Source: a virus | Taxonomy: Duplodnaviria > Caudoviricetes | Virus record (IMG/VR): IMGVR_UViG_3300037484_000235 | Location: 160,001-224,000 of that record | Reading direction: 5' to 3' (one strand) | Length of the DNA: 64,000 nucleotides | Shown: positions 1 through 8,964 of the stretch, one piece after another | Position numbering within the stretch: position 1 is the first letter of the stretch | How the letters are laid out: every line of letters starts with the position of its first letter | Translations under genes and position numbers: made by a program | The notes under the pieces: generated by a model | The model's input: the letters and a program-made list of their open reading frames with translations, nothing else | Databases searched by the model: none | What the model was told of the DNA's origin: nothing

Positions 1-29
1 GTCCCTACGGCCAGTCGGCAGCTCCATCT

Positions 30-1139
30 ATGCCAACTGAGGCAGGTGGACACCCAGCATCGAAGGCTGCTTCGCGTGACGTCAGGGCGGCCATGGAGCA
101 CAAGGCTAGCAAGTGCATTCGTGTCGCTCAGTCGATGCTTGGCCGTAAGGCAAGCGTAGACATGATCGAAGATCAGGCTCTTGACCTCATGAACCTCACG
201 GATCGTCAGATTCAAGCGATGCTCACACGTATCGCTGTGGACGAAGATGAGACCGAGGAAGAGGATGAGGACGTAGCGGAGCCTGTCGCTGCCAAGAAGG
301 CAGACGACGAGTCCGAGGACGAAGAGGAAGATGAGGTGGAAACAGCAGCCAAGAAGGCCGCTCACTTCACTCGCCTTGCTGCCTTCTGGACGGATGCAGC
401 CAAGAAGTCCGCCAAGAAGTCTGAGGACGAGGATGATGAGGATGAGGATGAGAAGATCCTCACCGCCATGCTCAAGGAAGAGTCCAAGAAGGCTGCTCGC
501 AAGTCCGCCAAGAAGTCTGAGGACGAGGATGAGACCAAGGACGAAGAGGCTCCCAAGAAGGAAGCTAAGAAGTCTGAGGACGAGACCGAGACCGAAGACG
601 AAGAGGCCCCCAAGAAGGAAGCCAAGAAGTCTGAGGACGAGACCGAGACCGAAGAGTCTGAGGACAAGGCGGACAAGACAGCCTGCGGCGAAGACGAAGC
701 GCTTCTAGCCAGCATGGTTGCGGACATGGACTCGCCAATGGCCGACGACATGGATCCAATGGACGACATGGACCCAATGGACCCCATGATGGATGATCCA
801 ATGGCTCTCATGGACTCCGATGACATGGGTATGAGCGACGACGACATGGGCCTTCTTTACGGAAGCCGCTTTGCCAAGAAGTCTGAGGGCGACGAGCCCG
901 ATGGCGACGAAGCAGAGGAGCCAAAGAAGGAAGAGCCGAAGAAGGATGAGGCCAAGACGGCTGCTTCCAGGACCGCTGCGGCCAAGCGCACCGCTGCACT
1001 CAAGCCACAGCCCCGCCTGGCATCAACAGGCGTTCGCACCCTCGGTACGGTCACCAAGACCGCATCTTCGACAGAGATCACTGACCTCTCAAAGCTTTGG
1101 GAGTCCGCTCCTGATGTATCGAAGGTATTTGGGAACTGA
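30..1139 (+). CDS. Acidic low-complexity capsid scaffold/prohead core-like protein (probably 5'-truncated by the window)
   Basis: The frame is open back to position 3. The protein is very D/E/K-rich with repeated AKKSEDE units and a short conserved-looking C-terminus (LSKLWESAPDVSKVFG). It lies two genes upstream of the major capsid gene. Confidence 0.65.
   Translation: MPTEAGGHPASKAASRDVRAAMEHKASKCIRVAQSMLGRKASVDMIEDQALDLMNLTDRQIQAMLTRIAVDEDETEEEDEDVAEPVAAKKADDESEDEEEDEVETAAKKAAHFTRLAAFWTDAAKKSAKKSEDEDDEDEDEKILTAMLKEESKKAARKSAKKSEDEDETKDEEAPKKEAKKSEDETETEDEEAPKKEAKKSEDETETEESEDKADKTACGEDEALLASMVADMDSPMADDMDPMDDMDPMDPMMDDPMALMDSDDMGMSDDDMGLLYGSRFAKKSEGDEPDGDEAEEPKKEEPKKDEAKTAASRTAAAKRTAALKPQPRLASTGVRTLGTVTKTASSTEITDLSKLWESAPDVSKVFGN
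412..660 (+). repeat. Degenerate tandem AAGAAGTCTGAGGACGAG (KKSEDE) repeats in the scaffold
   Basis: At least four copies; two 60-nt units are near-identical. Confidence 0.8.
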
Positions 1140-1175
1140 TTTCCCGCAACAAAATAGCCTAAAAGGCTGATCGTG

Positions 1176-1215
1176 AGGGGCTGTGCGAAAAAATCGCACG
1201 GCCCCTTTCGTTTTT
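1176..1215 (+). terminator. Intrinsic terminator-like hairpin
   Basis: GGGGCTGTGCG-AAAAAAT-CGCACGGCCCC stem-loop followed by TTTCGTTTTT, just after the scaffold stop. Confidence 0.7.
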
Positions 1216-1342
1216 CCGCTAATAGCAATCACTTATACTGACAGGGCAATGATTGCCAGGTCCCACTCACAAGGTGTGGGTGGAGTTCTAGGTCACGATC
1301 CAACACCACTCCCCGAACAGGGAGCAAGACAGGAGCAAGGCT

Positions 1343-2023
1343 ATGCCATTGCTTGGACAGGCGAGCGGTGGGTGGACGGAAAGCTCTTCAGCTCTGAGGA
1401 TTCTCCACGTCGGTATTCGCAATACCGTCGGAGTCCTCTCGGATGACGCGTTTCGTCAGGTAAATCCACCCATCACGAGCACCGCAGGAACAGTCAGCAC
1501 ATCGCCCGGAGCCCTCACTGAGGTCTTCGGAGTCCTCTCGGGTTCGGTCGCGTTCACGCGTCCAGACGCGGGAACCAACCACATCGGCGGTCCCGTGAAC
1601 GTCGCTGTGTCCGGTGTGACCGCAGCACAGGCGCTCAACACGCGCCCACTTGGTTGCTTCATCAACAACGCCGCAGGAAACCCCTACGAGAACCTCCCAG
1701 CGAGCGCCTCGAACAAGGGTCCCTACGTCGCCGCGATGGGCACGTACGGAAACCGTCTCTACGAGACGCAGCTGCTTCAGGCAGCGGCCCCTCTCGGCCA
1801 GGGCGACGCGATCCCCTACCTCACCGGACAAGAGCTGATCTCGTCGATGAACGGGTATCTCATGCCACGCGGGTACGACAACGCAGGTGCGTTCGTCTCC
1901 CTCGACATCGCGACGATCGCGATTGAGCCCGAGAACGGCACGGCGGTTTCGCACCTCCTTGGCGTCCTCAAGATGGTCCCTGACTCCGTAATGACCGAAC
2001 TCGTCTACGACGCTCGCGTCTGA
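1343..2023 (+). CDS. Putative head decoration/minor capsid protein
   Basis: The 226-aa ORF is small-residue and beta-rich, sits between scaffold and MCP, and has a strong RBS (AGGAG). The call rests on synteny. Confidence 0.55.
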   Translation: MPLLGQASGGWTESSSALRILHVGIRNTVGVLSDDAFRQVNPPITSTAGTVSTSPGALTEVFGVLSGSVAFTRPDAGTNHIGGPVNVAVSGVTAAQALNTRPLGCFINNAAGNPYENLPASASNKGPYVAAMGTYGNRLYETQLLQAAAPLGQGDAIPYLTGQELISSMNGYLMPRGYDNAGAFVSLDIATIAIEPENGTAVSHLLGVLKMVPDSVMTELVYDARV

Positions 2024-2034
2024 GGAAACCAGCC

Positions 2035-2913
2035 ATGACCACCACAGTCAACAACGCCGTCAAGCAGAAGATCATCAGCGACTACCTCAAGACAGCTTCG
2101 GGCCGTAACAAGCTCGCAGCGTCGATGACGCAGCCGCTCCGCACTCGCCGCGACTACATGAGCGTCGGTCGCAAGACCTTCCTCGTGGAGCAGCTCCCCG
2201 ATGGTGCGCTTCCGATCTACGACAAGGACCCGGACGTCACCGCGTTCGTGGTCGGCGAGGAAGGCGAGAACATCCTCGCCATCACCAAGCCACGCCGTGT
2301 GATCTTCCCGCTGTTCGAGATCGCATCGAACCCGGAAATCCCACTCACGCAGATCAAGGAGCGTCGCTTCGATCTGATCGAACGCGCCCAGGATCTTGCG
2401 CGTGCGCAGATTCAGGCAGCAGAAGACGAGCGTGTCTTCGCAGTGCTTGACGCAATCGCAGTCAACGGATTCGACTCGCTTCCCGGCGGGACGAACGCTG
2501 ACATCCCGGTCATCGCACCGATCACCGGCGCGGTACTCGCAGACGCCTTCTCGCTCATCGAGCGCCACGACCTTCGGGTTGCTCGCGTTTACATGAACGC
2601 GCGGGACTACGCGGATATCCGCAAGTTCGGTCGGGACATCCTGGACATCGAGTCCCAGGCCACCCTGCTCAAGACCGGACTTCAGGCCACCCTCTGGGGC
2701 GCCCAGGTCATCACGAGCCGTCTCGTCCCCGTCGGCACCGTGTACGTGTGCTGCGAGCCCGAGATGTTTGGACGCATTCCCGTACGTACGGAACTCACGG
2801 TCCTGTCTGCCGACGACCCGAAGGCCCGCACGATTGGATTTTCGGTCTTCGAAAATTTGGGCATCGGCGCATACAACCCACGTGGGTTGGTCCGACTCAC
2901 GATCACTCGCTGA
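2035..2913 (+). CDS. Major capsid protein (HK97 fold)
   Basis: 292 aa with segments typical of large-phage MCPs (PLFEIASNPEIPLTQIKERRFDLIERAQDLARAQIQAAEDERVF; GFSVFENLGIGAYNPRG). Highly biased codon usage, RBS GAGGA and a downstream terminator support the call. Confidence 0.85.
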   Translation: MTTTVNNAVKQKIISDYLKTASGRNKLAASMTQPLRTRRDYMSVGRKTFLVEQLPDGALPIYDKDPDVTAFVVGEEGENILAITKPRRVIFPLFEIASNPEIPLTQIKERRFDLIERAQDLARAQIQAAEDERVFAVLDAIAVNGFDSLPGGTNADIPVIAPITGAVLADAFSLIERHDLRVARVYMNARDYADIRKFGRDILDIESQATLLKTGLQATLWGAQVITSRLVPVGTVYVCCEPEMFGRIPVRTELTVLSADDPKARTIGFSVFENLGIGAYNPRGLVRLTITR

Positions 2914-2941
2914 TCGTAAACCCCTGTAAAATAGGGTGACT

Positions 2942-2981
2942 GAGAGGCTCGGTTCCGAGAGGGACCGGGCCTCTCGTCTTT
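2942..2981 (+). terminator. Terminator hairpin after the MCP
   Basis: GAGAGGCTCGGTTCC-GAGA-GGGACCGGGCCTCTC followed by GTCTTT. Confidence 0.7.
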
Positions 2982-3031
2982 AACTCGCTGGGATCGGCCC
3001 AGTCCAGAAATACTTTCCGATCCTTATAGCT

Positions 3032-5626
3032 TTGGCCTCGTCCTGTGTTATGGTACCGATAATCACCGACGGGGCATACTACTTGGAAACCTCTCCGAAG
3101 AACTCCCCTAACAAGGGGTGGGCAAAACAGAATGGGCTTGATAGTAATCTTCTCAGGACTCTCTATGAGGAGATGACAGACAAAGAGATTGCGATTCGCT
3201 ATGCAGTGAGTGACGCCTTGATTTCCTACTACCGTAGGAAATGGGGCATCCAAACAAAGACGACCCGACAGAGGGTTGATAAGTCTCGGGTAGGTCAACC
3301 GACTCTGGATGACCTGACACCTGTCACCCTAGCGGACCTTTATGCGCAGATGGGTGATCGACAGGTTGCCAAGCTCTACGGGGTCCAAAAGCCTGCCATC
3401 ACAAGACTCAGACAGAAGTGGGGTATCTCAGCGCTGTCTAAGGGGGATCGCTCCGCAAATCAGTCAACTGGATTCACTGAGGTCCAGAAAGAGGCATGCG
3501 TTGGTACCCTTCTTGGGGATGGGCATCTCCTTGAGCGTGGGGTTCTGAAAGTCACCCACTCACAGGCTCAACTTCCCTACTTGATGAGGCTTCATGCTTT
3601 TCTAGCCCCCCATGTTCTCCCGATCTTCTACGAGGAGAAAGACATGGTGGAGAGCGGGCAGGTCGCCTACGCTTTCGGGTTTCGGACAGTGCAACACCCG
3701 TGGCTTGCAACCCTACGTGGTCTTTTTTACCCAGAGGGTCGAAAGGTGTTTCCGGAGGCTGTCCTATCGGCTCTTTCCCCACGATCCCTAGCTTACTGGT
3801 ATTGGGACGACGGGCATCTTGACTCCGGATTGCCCTCATTTGCGCTTGGTAACATTACAGAGTCTGAGGCTAATAGGGTGGCTCAACTCGTTGGTGAACG
3901 ATTCTCTTTGGACACCTACGTGAAGCCGCAATCCACGGAGACATGCAAGCTCCTTGGCATTAGAGCCCGTACCGCTGACGTGTTATTCTACCTGATCCGA
4001 GAGTTTGCGACGGTCGATCTCCTTTACAAAATGCCACAGAAGCATTGGCCACCTGGGATGGTCCCTAAGGTGCTTCCTTTGACCAAGGAAGCTCACGCCC
4101 TACCCGCCCCCTTAGTAGAGAGGTGTAGCGGATGGGGGAGCCTCAGTGAGGACCAGCGTGCAACCTTGTTGACTGATCTGGAGCAACACTGGCATACGAT
4201 TGGATTTCCTCACCCAGAGCCAAGACCGGAAGAGATTGGTGTGATTCACGCACTCAATCACACCCAGGTCATCCAGGATGGTGTAGTCAAGAACAGACAG
4301 GTTGGGCAGGCAACGTGTCATGCTTTTGCACCACATATCTGGAAAGCACGGTCCTATGGCGCGTCGTCAAGCCCGGATGACATCTTCCAGGATCCAACGC
4401 TTCTACAACAGGCATTCAAGTTGTGCCTCAATGGAGGGGGGATACCTAACGGCGCACGACTCAGAGGGGTTCTCAGGCTCCTTAGGCGATCTGGCGTCTA
4501 CAACTTTCGCCCATCAGCAGCTAAGGCGCTCACTGACCGTTACTGTCGTGTTGGGGGGACTGTGTGGGATCCGTGCGCTGGTTACGGGGGCCGCCTTCTG
4601 GGTGTAGCGCTCTCATCCGCCCTTCCCCATTACATCGCGTGTGAGCCCCAGAGCGAGACCTACACCCGACTTCACCATCTCCGGGATTGGGTTGACTCCT
4701 ATGTTCCTGGGGTTGCTTCCAGGGTGTCACTTCACAATGTACCTGCTGAGGAATTCGACGTTCCAACAGGAGTTGATATGGTGCTTACCTCCCCTCCTTA
4801 TTGGAAGCGGGAAACATACGGGAATGAGCCAACTCAATCCGGAATTCGTTACCCTACTTATGCAGCATGGTTGGAAGGATTTTGGAGGGTGGTGCTCACA
4901 AAGTCTGTACAGGCCCTACGCCCTGGGGGGTGGTTGGTACTCAACGTAGACAACTTCAAGATCGGGGGACAAGAGTACGGTCTCGTGGGAGACACAACCT
5001 TGCTCGTAAGGGGGTTTGGTTTCGGGGAACCAGATGTGTTGCGGTACGCGATGCCAGCCCCTGGAGACTCAGATAACGCTGAGTATGTTCTATGTTGGCC
5101 AAAGGCAGGTGTTTCATCCCAGGCGGTTCCAGTTGAGCCGATCAATGTGTCCTCGTGTTCTGGGTGTGGCAAACCGACACCGTTCTCACAGCTTTTAGGC
5201 GGGGAATGTAGTCGGTGCCGAACATTGAAGGGCGTAACAGTCGTGTGTGAGGGATGCGGGAAGCCTTTTGTGTCTCTCCGGTCTGGGACACGATTTCATA
5301 ACGAAGCCTGTTATGCTAGATTCAAACGACGGAAGTATCGGGAGGCAAATCCAGCAAAGACTTCTCGCACGTTCACCTGTGTGACTTGCGAATCCACATG
5401 GGAGACTGATCTGCATGGGAATTTCCATACTTGTCCTACGTGCCGTGAAGCCGCTGAGGTAGCAGGTCGAACGAAGATTTGCGTCTATCGGCACTGTGGC
5501 AAGTCTTTCGTGGATACATCTCCGAAGAACGGGATGAAGTTCTGTGCTCCTGAGTGTGGTAGACGGGAAAAGATGTTCAGATGTGGGAAGGCTATGGACG
5601 AGTCTTACTTCCGAGTCCGGGCGTGA
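3032..5626 (+). CDS. Fusion protein: two HTH repeats + LAGLIDADG-type endonuclease + SAM-dependent DNA amino-methyltransferase + C-terminal Cys-rich zinc fingers
   Basis: HTH-like repeats (LYEEMTDKEIAIRYAVS..RRKWGI / LYAQMGDRQVAKLYGVQ..RQKWGI), LAGLIDADG helices GTLLGDG and YWYWDDG, MTase motif I DPCAGYGG, motif IV TSPPY, and several CxxC pairs after about 5150. The exact start codon is uncertain. Confidence 0.8.
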   Translation: MASSCVMVPIITDGAYYLETSPKNSPNKGWAKQNGLDSNLLRTLYEEMTDKEIAIRYAVSDALISYYRRKWGIQTKTTRQRVDKSRVGQPTLDDLTPVTLADLYAQMGDRQVAKLYGVQKPAITRLRQKWGISALSKGDRSANQSTGFTEVQKEACVGTLLGDGHLLERGVLKVTHSQAQLPYLMRLHAFLAPHVLPIFYEEKDMVESGQVAYAFGFRTVQHPWLATLRGLFYPEGRKVFPEAVLSALSPRSLAYWYWDDGHLDSGLPSFALGNITESEANRVAQLVGERFSLDTYVKPQSTETCKLLGIRARTADVLFYLIREFATVDLLYKMPQKHWPPGMVPKVLPLTKEAHALPAPLVERCSGWGSLSEDQRATLLTDLEQHWHTIGFPHPEPRPEEIGVIHALNHTQVIQDGVVKNRQVGQATCHAFAPHIWKARSYGASSSPDDIFQDPTLLQQAFKLCLNGGGIPNGARLRGVLRLLRRSGVYNFRPSAAKALTDRYCRVGGTVWDPCAGYGGRLLGVALSSALPHYIACEPQSETYTRLHHLRDWVDSYVPGVASRVSLHNVPAEEFDVPTGVDMVLTSPPYWKRETYGNEPTQSGIRYPTYAAWLEGFWRVVLTKSVQALRPGGWLVLNVDNFKIGGQEYGLVGDTTLLVRGFGFGEPDVLRYAMPAPGDSDNAEYVLCWPKAGVSSQAVPVEPINVSSCSGCGKPTPFSQLLGGECSRCRTLKGVTVVCEGCGKPFVSLRSGTRFHNEACYARFKRRKYREANPAKTSRTFTCVTCESTWETDLHGNFHTCPTCREAAEVAGRTKICVYRHCGKSFVDTSPKNGMKFCAPECGRREKMFRCGKAMDESYFRVRA

Positions 5627-6034
5627 ATGTCAGTTGAAGTGCGTAAGGGTGCTATGGCCACCAAACCAGAAACTCCAAATCAGTTTGATGCATGGGCGGC
5701 TCCCCGTTCCAAGTTCACTCCCTCCGTGGAGGAGGCAAAAAAGAACAGTGGGATTGAACAGGTCTCTAAGGGGTATGCCGACCTGATAGCCGCAGGAATC
5801 CCGATTGCCATGAGGATCTGTGAGGAGAGGGGGAGAGTGACCTCTGTTGAAGTGGAAGCGGAGATGTTGTCAGACTCTCGTTATGCATCGAGGATGGCTG
5901 AAATCCCGGTGGGGGAAACTACGCCCGAGAGACGTTGGCTGGGGCATATCTTCCAGAGAGGTGGTTGGAAGCGTTTTGGCTACGAACCAACTGGATCTCA
6001 TGGCCGCCCTGTGTCCATCTGGAAACGTGCCTGA
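5627..6034 (+). CDS. Hypothetical phage protein
   Basis: 135-aa ORF abutting the upstream stop; an alternative start lies at 5654 after AAGGG. Confidence 0.6.
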   Translation: MSVEVRKGAMATKPETPNQFDAWAAPRSKFTPSVEEAKKNSGIEQVSKGYADLIAAGIPIAMRICEERGRVTSVEVEAEMLSDSRYASRMAEIPVGETTPERRWLGHIFQRGGWKRFGYEPTGSHGRPVSIWKRA

Positions 6035-6069
6035 CTGGGTCGGTGGCGCCCCTATCATTCTCCTAACGT

Positions 6070-6255
6070 ATGCAAGATGAGGATGGGAAGCCGCCAGACC
6101 CACGATGGATTCGTGCAGTAGACATCGTCTCTTGTGTGATTGTCTGCGCCTTTGCCCTCGCCGGTCGTTACAAGATCGCAGATAGCATTGACGACTTCAT
6201 GCACCCAGTGCTCGTCAGGGCCCGGGCCCGTGCTCGTGCAAGGAGGACTACGTGA
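6070..6255 (+). CDS. Small hypothetical membrane protein
   Basis: 61 aa with a hydrophobic stretch (IVSCVIVCAFALAG). Its stop overlaps the next start (GTGA). Confidence 0.35.
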   Translation: MQDEDGKPPDPRWIRAVDIVSCVIVCAFALAGRYKIADSIDDFMHPVLVRARARARARRTT

Positions 6256-6431
6256 CCGTGATTACGCGTTCCCAAAAAGCTGCGGATGCTGCGGTGGTTG
6301 TGGTCGATGCTGCACGCCGCCTGATACACAACAGGCATAAGGAGGGGCTCCCACGCGCCACAGAGATTGCTTTGTATGATGCACTAGAGCAGGCGGTGTT
6401 GTTCTATGAGGAGTGCAGGTCGGTAACGTAG
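6252..6431 (+). CDS. Small hypothetical protein (59 aa, not in the supplied ORF track)
   Basis: GTG start preceded by a perfect AGGAGG; reads MTVITRSQKAADAAVVVVDAARRLIHNRHKEGLPRATEIALYDALEQAVLFYEECRSVT. Confidence 0.55.
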   Translation: MTVITRSQKAADAAVVVVDAARRLIHNRHKEGLPRATEIALYDALEQAVLFYEECRSVT

Positions 6432-6453
6432 AGCAACCCGTACAGGAGCCCTC

Positions 6454-7023
6454 ATGGATTTCATCAAGAGCTGGAAGTTCGCTGTGATCGTGTTCGTTGT
6501 CATCGCCTCATTTGCCATCGTGGGTGTGATTTACGGGGTGGCTACACACACCGAACCCGGCCTCATGGAAGATGCCCCTCAATGGCGTCCTACTGATTTT
6601 CCACTGGCCACCTGTCAGCGGGCCTATGTGTCTGGCGCCACAACAGGTATTGATGTCCAAAAGGCGATCCAGACAATCAACTCCCGTTTGGGATTTCAGG
6701 CTTTCGTTAGCTCGGACTCTTCGTGCCGGGTGGACATCACTCTGGGTGTGCCTGCGGAGATGGGGTGGATGGACCCGGGTGGTGACGCCCGATTCACCGA
6801 CAGCATGAACACCATGCGGTGCGAGGTTCGGACCTCAAACGTACAGGGTGAGCTTCTGGGCCTGGTTCTACAGCACGAGCTTGGCCATTGCTTGGGTCTG
6901 GCTCATGATGACTACGAACAGAGCATCATGCGTCGGGTGCAGAACCACACCGTCCGTGGGTTGCCCCCGTGGATTTCAGACTCGGACAAGAGCCTTCTCG
7001 TGGGTCTTTACGGTCCAAGGTGA
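6454..7023 (+). CDS. Membrane-anchored matrixin-like (metzincin, M10-like) zinc metalloprotease
   Basis: N-terminal transmembrane/signal segment, HELGHCLGLAH (HExxHxxGxxH) and a Met-turn (SIM); RBS AGGAG. Confidence 0.8.
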   Translation: MDFIKSWKFAVIVFVVIASFAIVGVIYGVATHTEPGLMEDAPQWRPTDFPLATCQRAYVSGATTGIDVQKAIQTINSRLGFQAFVSSDSSCRVDITLGVPAEMGWMDPGGDARFTDSMNTMRCEVRTSNVQGELLGLVLQHELGHCLGLAHDDYEQSIMRRVQNHTVRGLPPWISDSDKSLLVGLYGPR

Positions 7024-7178
7024 TGGGGTCGACTCAGAAACCCGCAATCGACACCAGCATGGCCATACCCACACATGAGGGGATCCGTATCTCAGTGCCT
7101 ATGGGGACCTTAATGCTGAGGTTTGACGTGCGTGAGTTGGTCCTACGCCTTACGATTCAACGGCTGAATCGGATGTGA
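7023..7178 (+). CDS. Small hypothetical protein
   Basis: TGATG overlap with the protease stop; 51 aa. Confidence 0.3.
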   Translation: MGSTQKPAIDTSMAIPTHEGIRISVPMGTLMLRFDVRELVLRLTIQRLNRM

Positions 7179-7180
7179 TC

Positions 7181-7516
7181 TCAGTCGTCGTCGTCGTGTC
7201 GTGACTGGACTCGGACCCTACGAGCGCGGATCCTGGCTGACTTTCGGGTGATGGCGCGGGCGACGGGGTCTGGGTACTCGGGGTTCAGTCGCACCTCTCG
7301 ATCAACGGTGGCGGTGATGTTGCGGTGAGCGCGGTCGCCATTGTCGATGAGGTCCATGGATTCACACCATTTCCAGGCGGCCCACTCGTTCGCTTGGAGT
7401 GGGGTGGTGTACTCATCGATCAATTCGGGTTCGTGGGACATGACGAAGGCTTCCCCGATAGCTTCGAGGATTTCTTCAAAGCGCTCGTCAGTGACAGTGG
7501 ATTCCGAGATTGTCAT
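7181..7516 (-). CDS. Hypothetical protein
   Basis: 111-aa ORF coupled to the upstream minus-strand gene by an ATGA-type overlap. Confidence 0.6.
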   Translation of the reverse strand: MTISESTVTDERFEEILEAIGEAFVMSHEPELIDEYTTPLQANEWAAWKWCESMDLIDNGDRAHRNITATVDREVRLNPEYPDPVARAITRKSARIRARRVRVQSRHDDDD

Positions 7517-7908
7517 GGCGTCTCCTCGTAGTTGTAGCGTAGTGCCCAGGCTTCATCTTCGTTCGATCCAACATCAGCATGGTGCTTGTCGAACGCATAG
7601 CGGTTCTCGTAGGCAGCAAGGATTTGTTCCTCCTTACGCTGCTGCTCTTCGCCCCAGTGCGTCCCGTAGAACTCGGATCGGAAGTCATCCCACGCCTTGT
7701 CTTCCTCGCGTCCACGAGCTGAGCGCAGGCGGTCGCCCTTCTCGCGCCGCCCCTTAGCGACGACTTTGAACGTATTCAGGGGGACGCGGGCGAAGTGCTC
7801 GCAGTCGCACACCCAGCAGTAGTCCACGGCCTTCCCCAGCTGCGTACAGCCGTTCGGGTTGTGGACGGTAGGAACGTTGGCGCCCCATCGAGTCGTTGCG
7901 TTAGTCAT
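7513..7908 (-). CDS. Hypothetical protein with Cys cluster
   Basis: Likely start at 7908 (MTNATTRWG...) with CWVCDC. The longer annotated frame runs antisense into the tmRNA and is unlikely. Confidence 0.55.
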   Translation of the reverse strand: MTNATTRWGANVPTVHNPNGCTQLGKAVDYCWVCDCEHFARVPLNTFKVVAKGRREKGDRLRSARGREEDKAWDDFRSEFYGTHWGEEQQRKEEQILAAYENRYAFDKHHADVGSNEDEAWALRYNYEETP

Positions 7909-8033
7909 GCCTGAGAGACGCCCGGCCATTTGGGTTCCTGACAGAGACGGGGAACTTTTTGATCGGTCCGGTGATTTAGTGGTTGCACTCCGTTCTGGGT
8001 GGGCGTAAGAGCCTGGGGATAGGAAGTACCAAC

Positions 8034-8418
8034 GGGCTCGAAAGGTTTCGACAGGGAGGTGAAGAGAGAGGGTGCGCGCCTTGGTCGGTCGAAGGGCCAA
8101 GTAAAAAATCGACCTACGACAGCTGCCAACGATAACAGCTACGCTCTCACGGCAATCGCCGCGTGAGCCGTTCGCGGAGAGAGTTTCTCAGGTAGATCTC
8201 TTCGCGAGCGTAAAAGGAATCTGAGAGAACCTCGGGCCAGACCATCGAGGCTAAACATGGCGGTGACGGATAGACTCTGGGAAACCAAGAGCCTACCCGG
8301 TGGAAGGGCGCCAGGGACCGCAAGCCTACCGTAAGTGGCTTGGAATCCTGGAGACGCGCGTGGTGCCTGATCTTTAGTAATCGCTCTGGACGTGGTTTCA
8401 ATACCACCGAGTCCACCA
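8034..8418 (+). ncRNA. ssrA: tmRNA (transfer-messenger RNA)
   Basis: The 5' GGGCTCGAAAGGTTTCGAC pairs with the 3' CGAGTCC-ACCA as an acceptor stem, including a G3:U wobble as in tRNA-Ala. T-arm is GTGGT-TTCAAT-ACCAC. The internal tag frame 8125-8166 reads ANDNSYALTAIAA*. Length is 385 nt and CCA is encoded. Confidence 0.93.
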
Positions 8419-8426
8419 GTGGGGTA

Positions 8427-8462
8427 GGGGTAGGGGGTCAGCGTACACTGACCCCCTACCCC
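8427..8462 (+). terminator. Perfect 15-bp hairpin 3' of the tmRNA (terminator or processing signal)
   Basis: GGGGTAGGGGGTCAG-CGTACA-CTGACCCCCTACCCC; no U-tract. Confidence 0.55.
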
Positions 8463-8490
8463 CAAGGAACCCTGCCCAAAGTCCACCACA

Positions 8491-8949
8491 TTGAACACCA
8501 CACCCTACTCGGAGAAGCTCCTCGTTCAGGCACTGGGCGTGGTCCTTTGCAGTGGGATTGTATTCAAACAGAACGCTCGTCCCAGGTTCCTCAAGAATCC
8601 GGCCACCGGGACGAATCTTGAGCTTGACGTGTACCTTCCAAAGCTGCGTCTGGCTTTTGAGGTGCAGGGTCCGCAGCACCGCAAGGATGCCCAGCAGGTG
8701 GCTCGGGATGCCCTCAAGGCGGGTCTGGCGGAGGCCCGTGGGGTCAAGGTCATCCCCTTGCGCCTCGACGAGCTACGGGCTGATGGTGTGTGGCGGTGCC
8801 TTCATGCGAGGGCCCGGGAGATCGGTGTCTCCCCGTGGAAGGTTGTGCAGCCGCTCGGGTTCATCCGTGAAGGGATGCAGCTTCAACACGAGGCTGCGAC
8901 CAAGTACACCGCTCACCTTCTTGAGAAGTACGGACCGTTAGAAGTCTGA
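8491..8949 (+). CDS. PD-(D/E)xK (Vsr/DUF559-like) endonuclease
   Basis: LELDVYLPKLRLAFEVQGPQH motif; the same motif family occurs in the C-terminus of ORF 57690-58976. Confidence 0.7.
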   Translation: MNTTPYSEKLLVQALGVVLCSGIVFKQNARPRFLKNPATGTNLELDVYLPKLRLAFEVQGPQHRKDAQQVARDALKAGLAEARGVKVIPLRLDELRADGVWRCLHARAREIGVSPWKVVQPLGFIREGMQLQHEAATKYTAHLLEKYGPLEV

Positions 8950-8964
8950 TAGTCCGCCAATGGC

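Noticed and set aside
412-800. CRISPR-like repeat array in the scaffold gene
   Set aside because: The repeats are in-frame coding low-complexity units (KKSEDE, MDPMDD) without unique constant-length spacers, and no cas genes are present.
331-999. Alternative-frame and antisense ORFs over the scaffold (and many similar short ORFs across long genes)
   Set aside because: These are shadow frames produced by codon bias and GC content, fully overlapping better-supported genes.
3490-4050. LAGLIDADG domain as part of an intein
   Set aside because: No N-terminal Cys/Ser block A or C-terminal His-Asn-(Cys/Ser/Thr) splice junction flanks the domain.
7909-8501. Minus-strand ORFs 8139-8501, 8147-8416 and the 5' extension of 7513-8100
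   Set aside because: They overlap the tmRNA antisense, which explains the region better.
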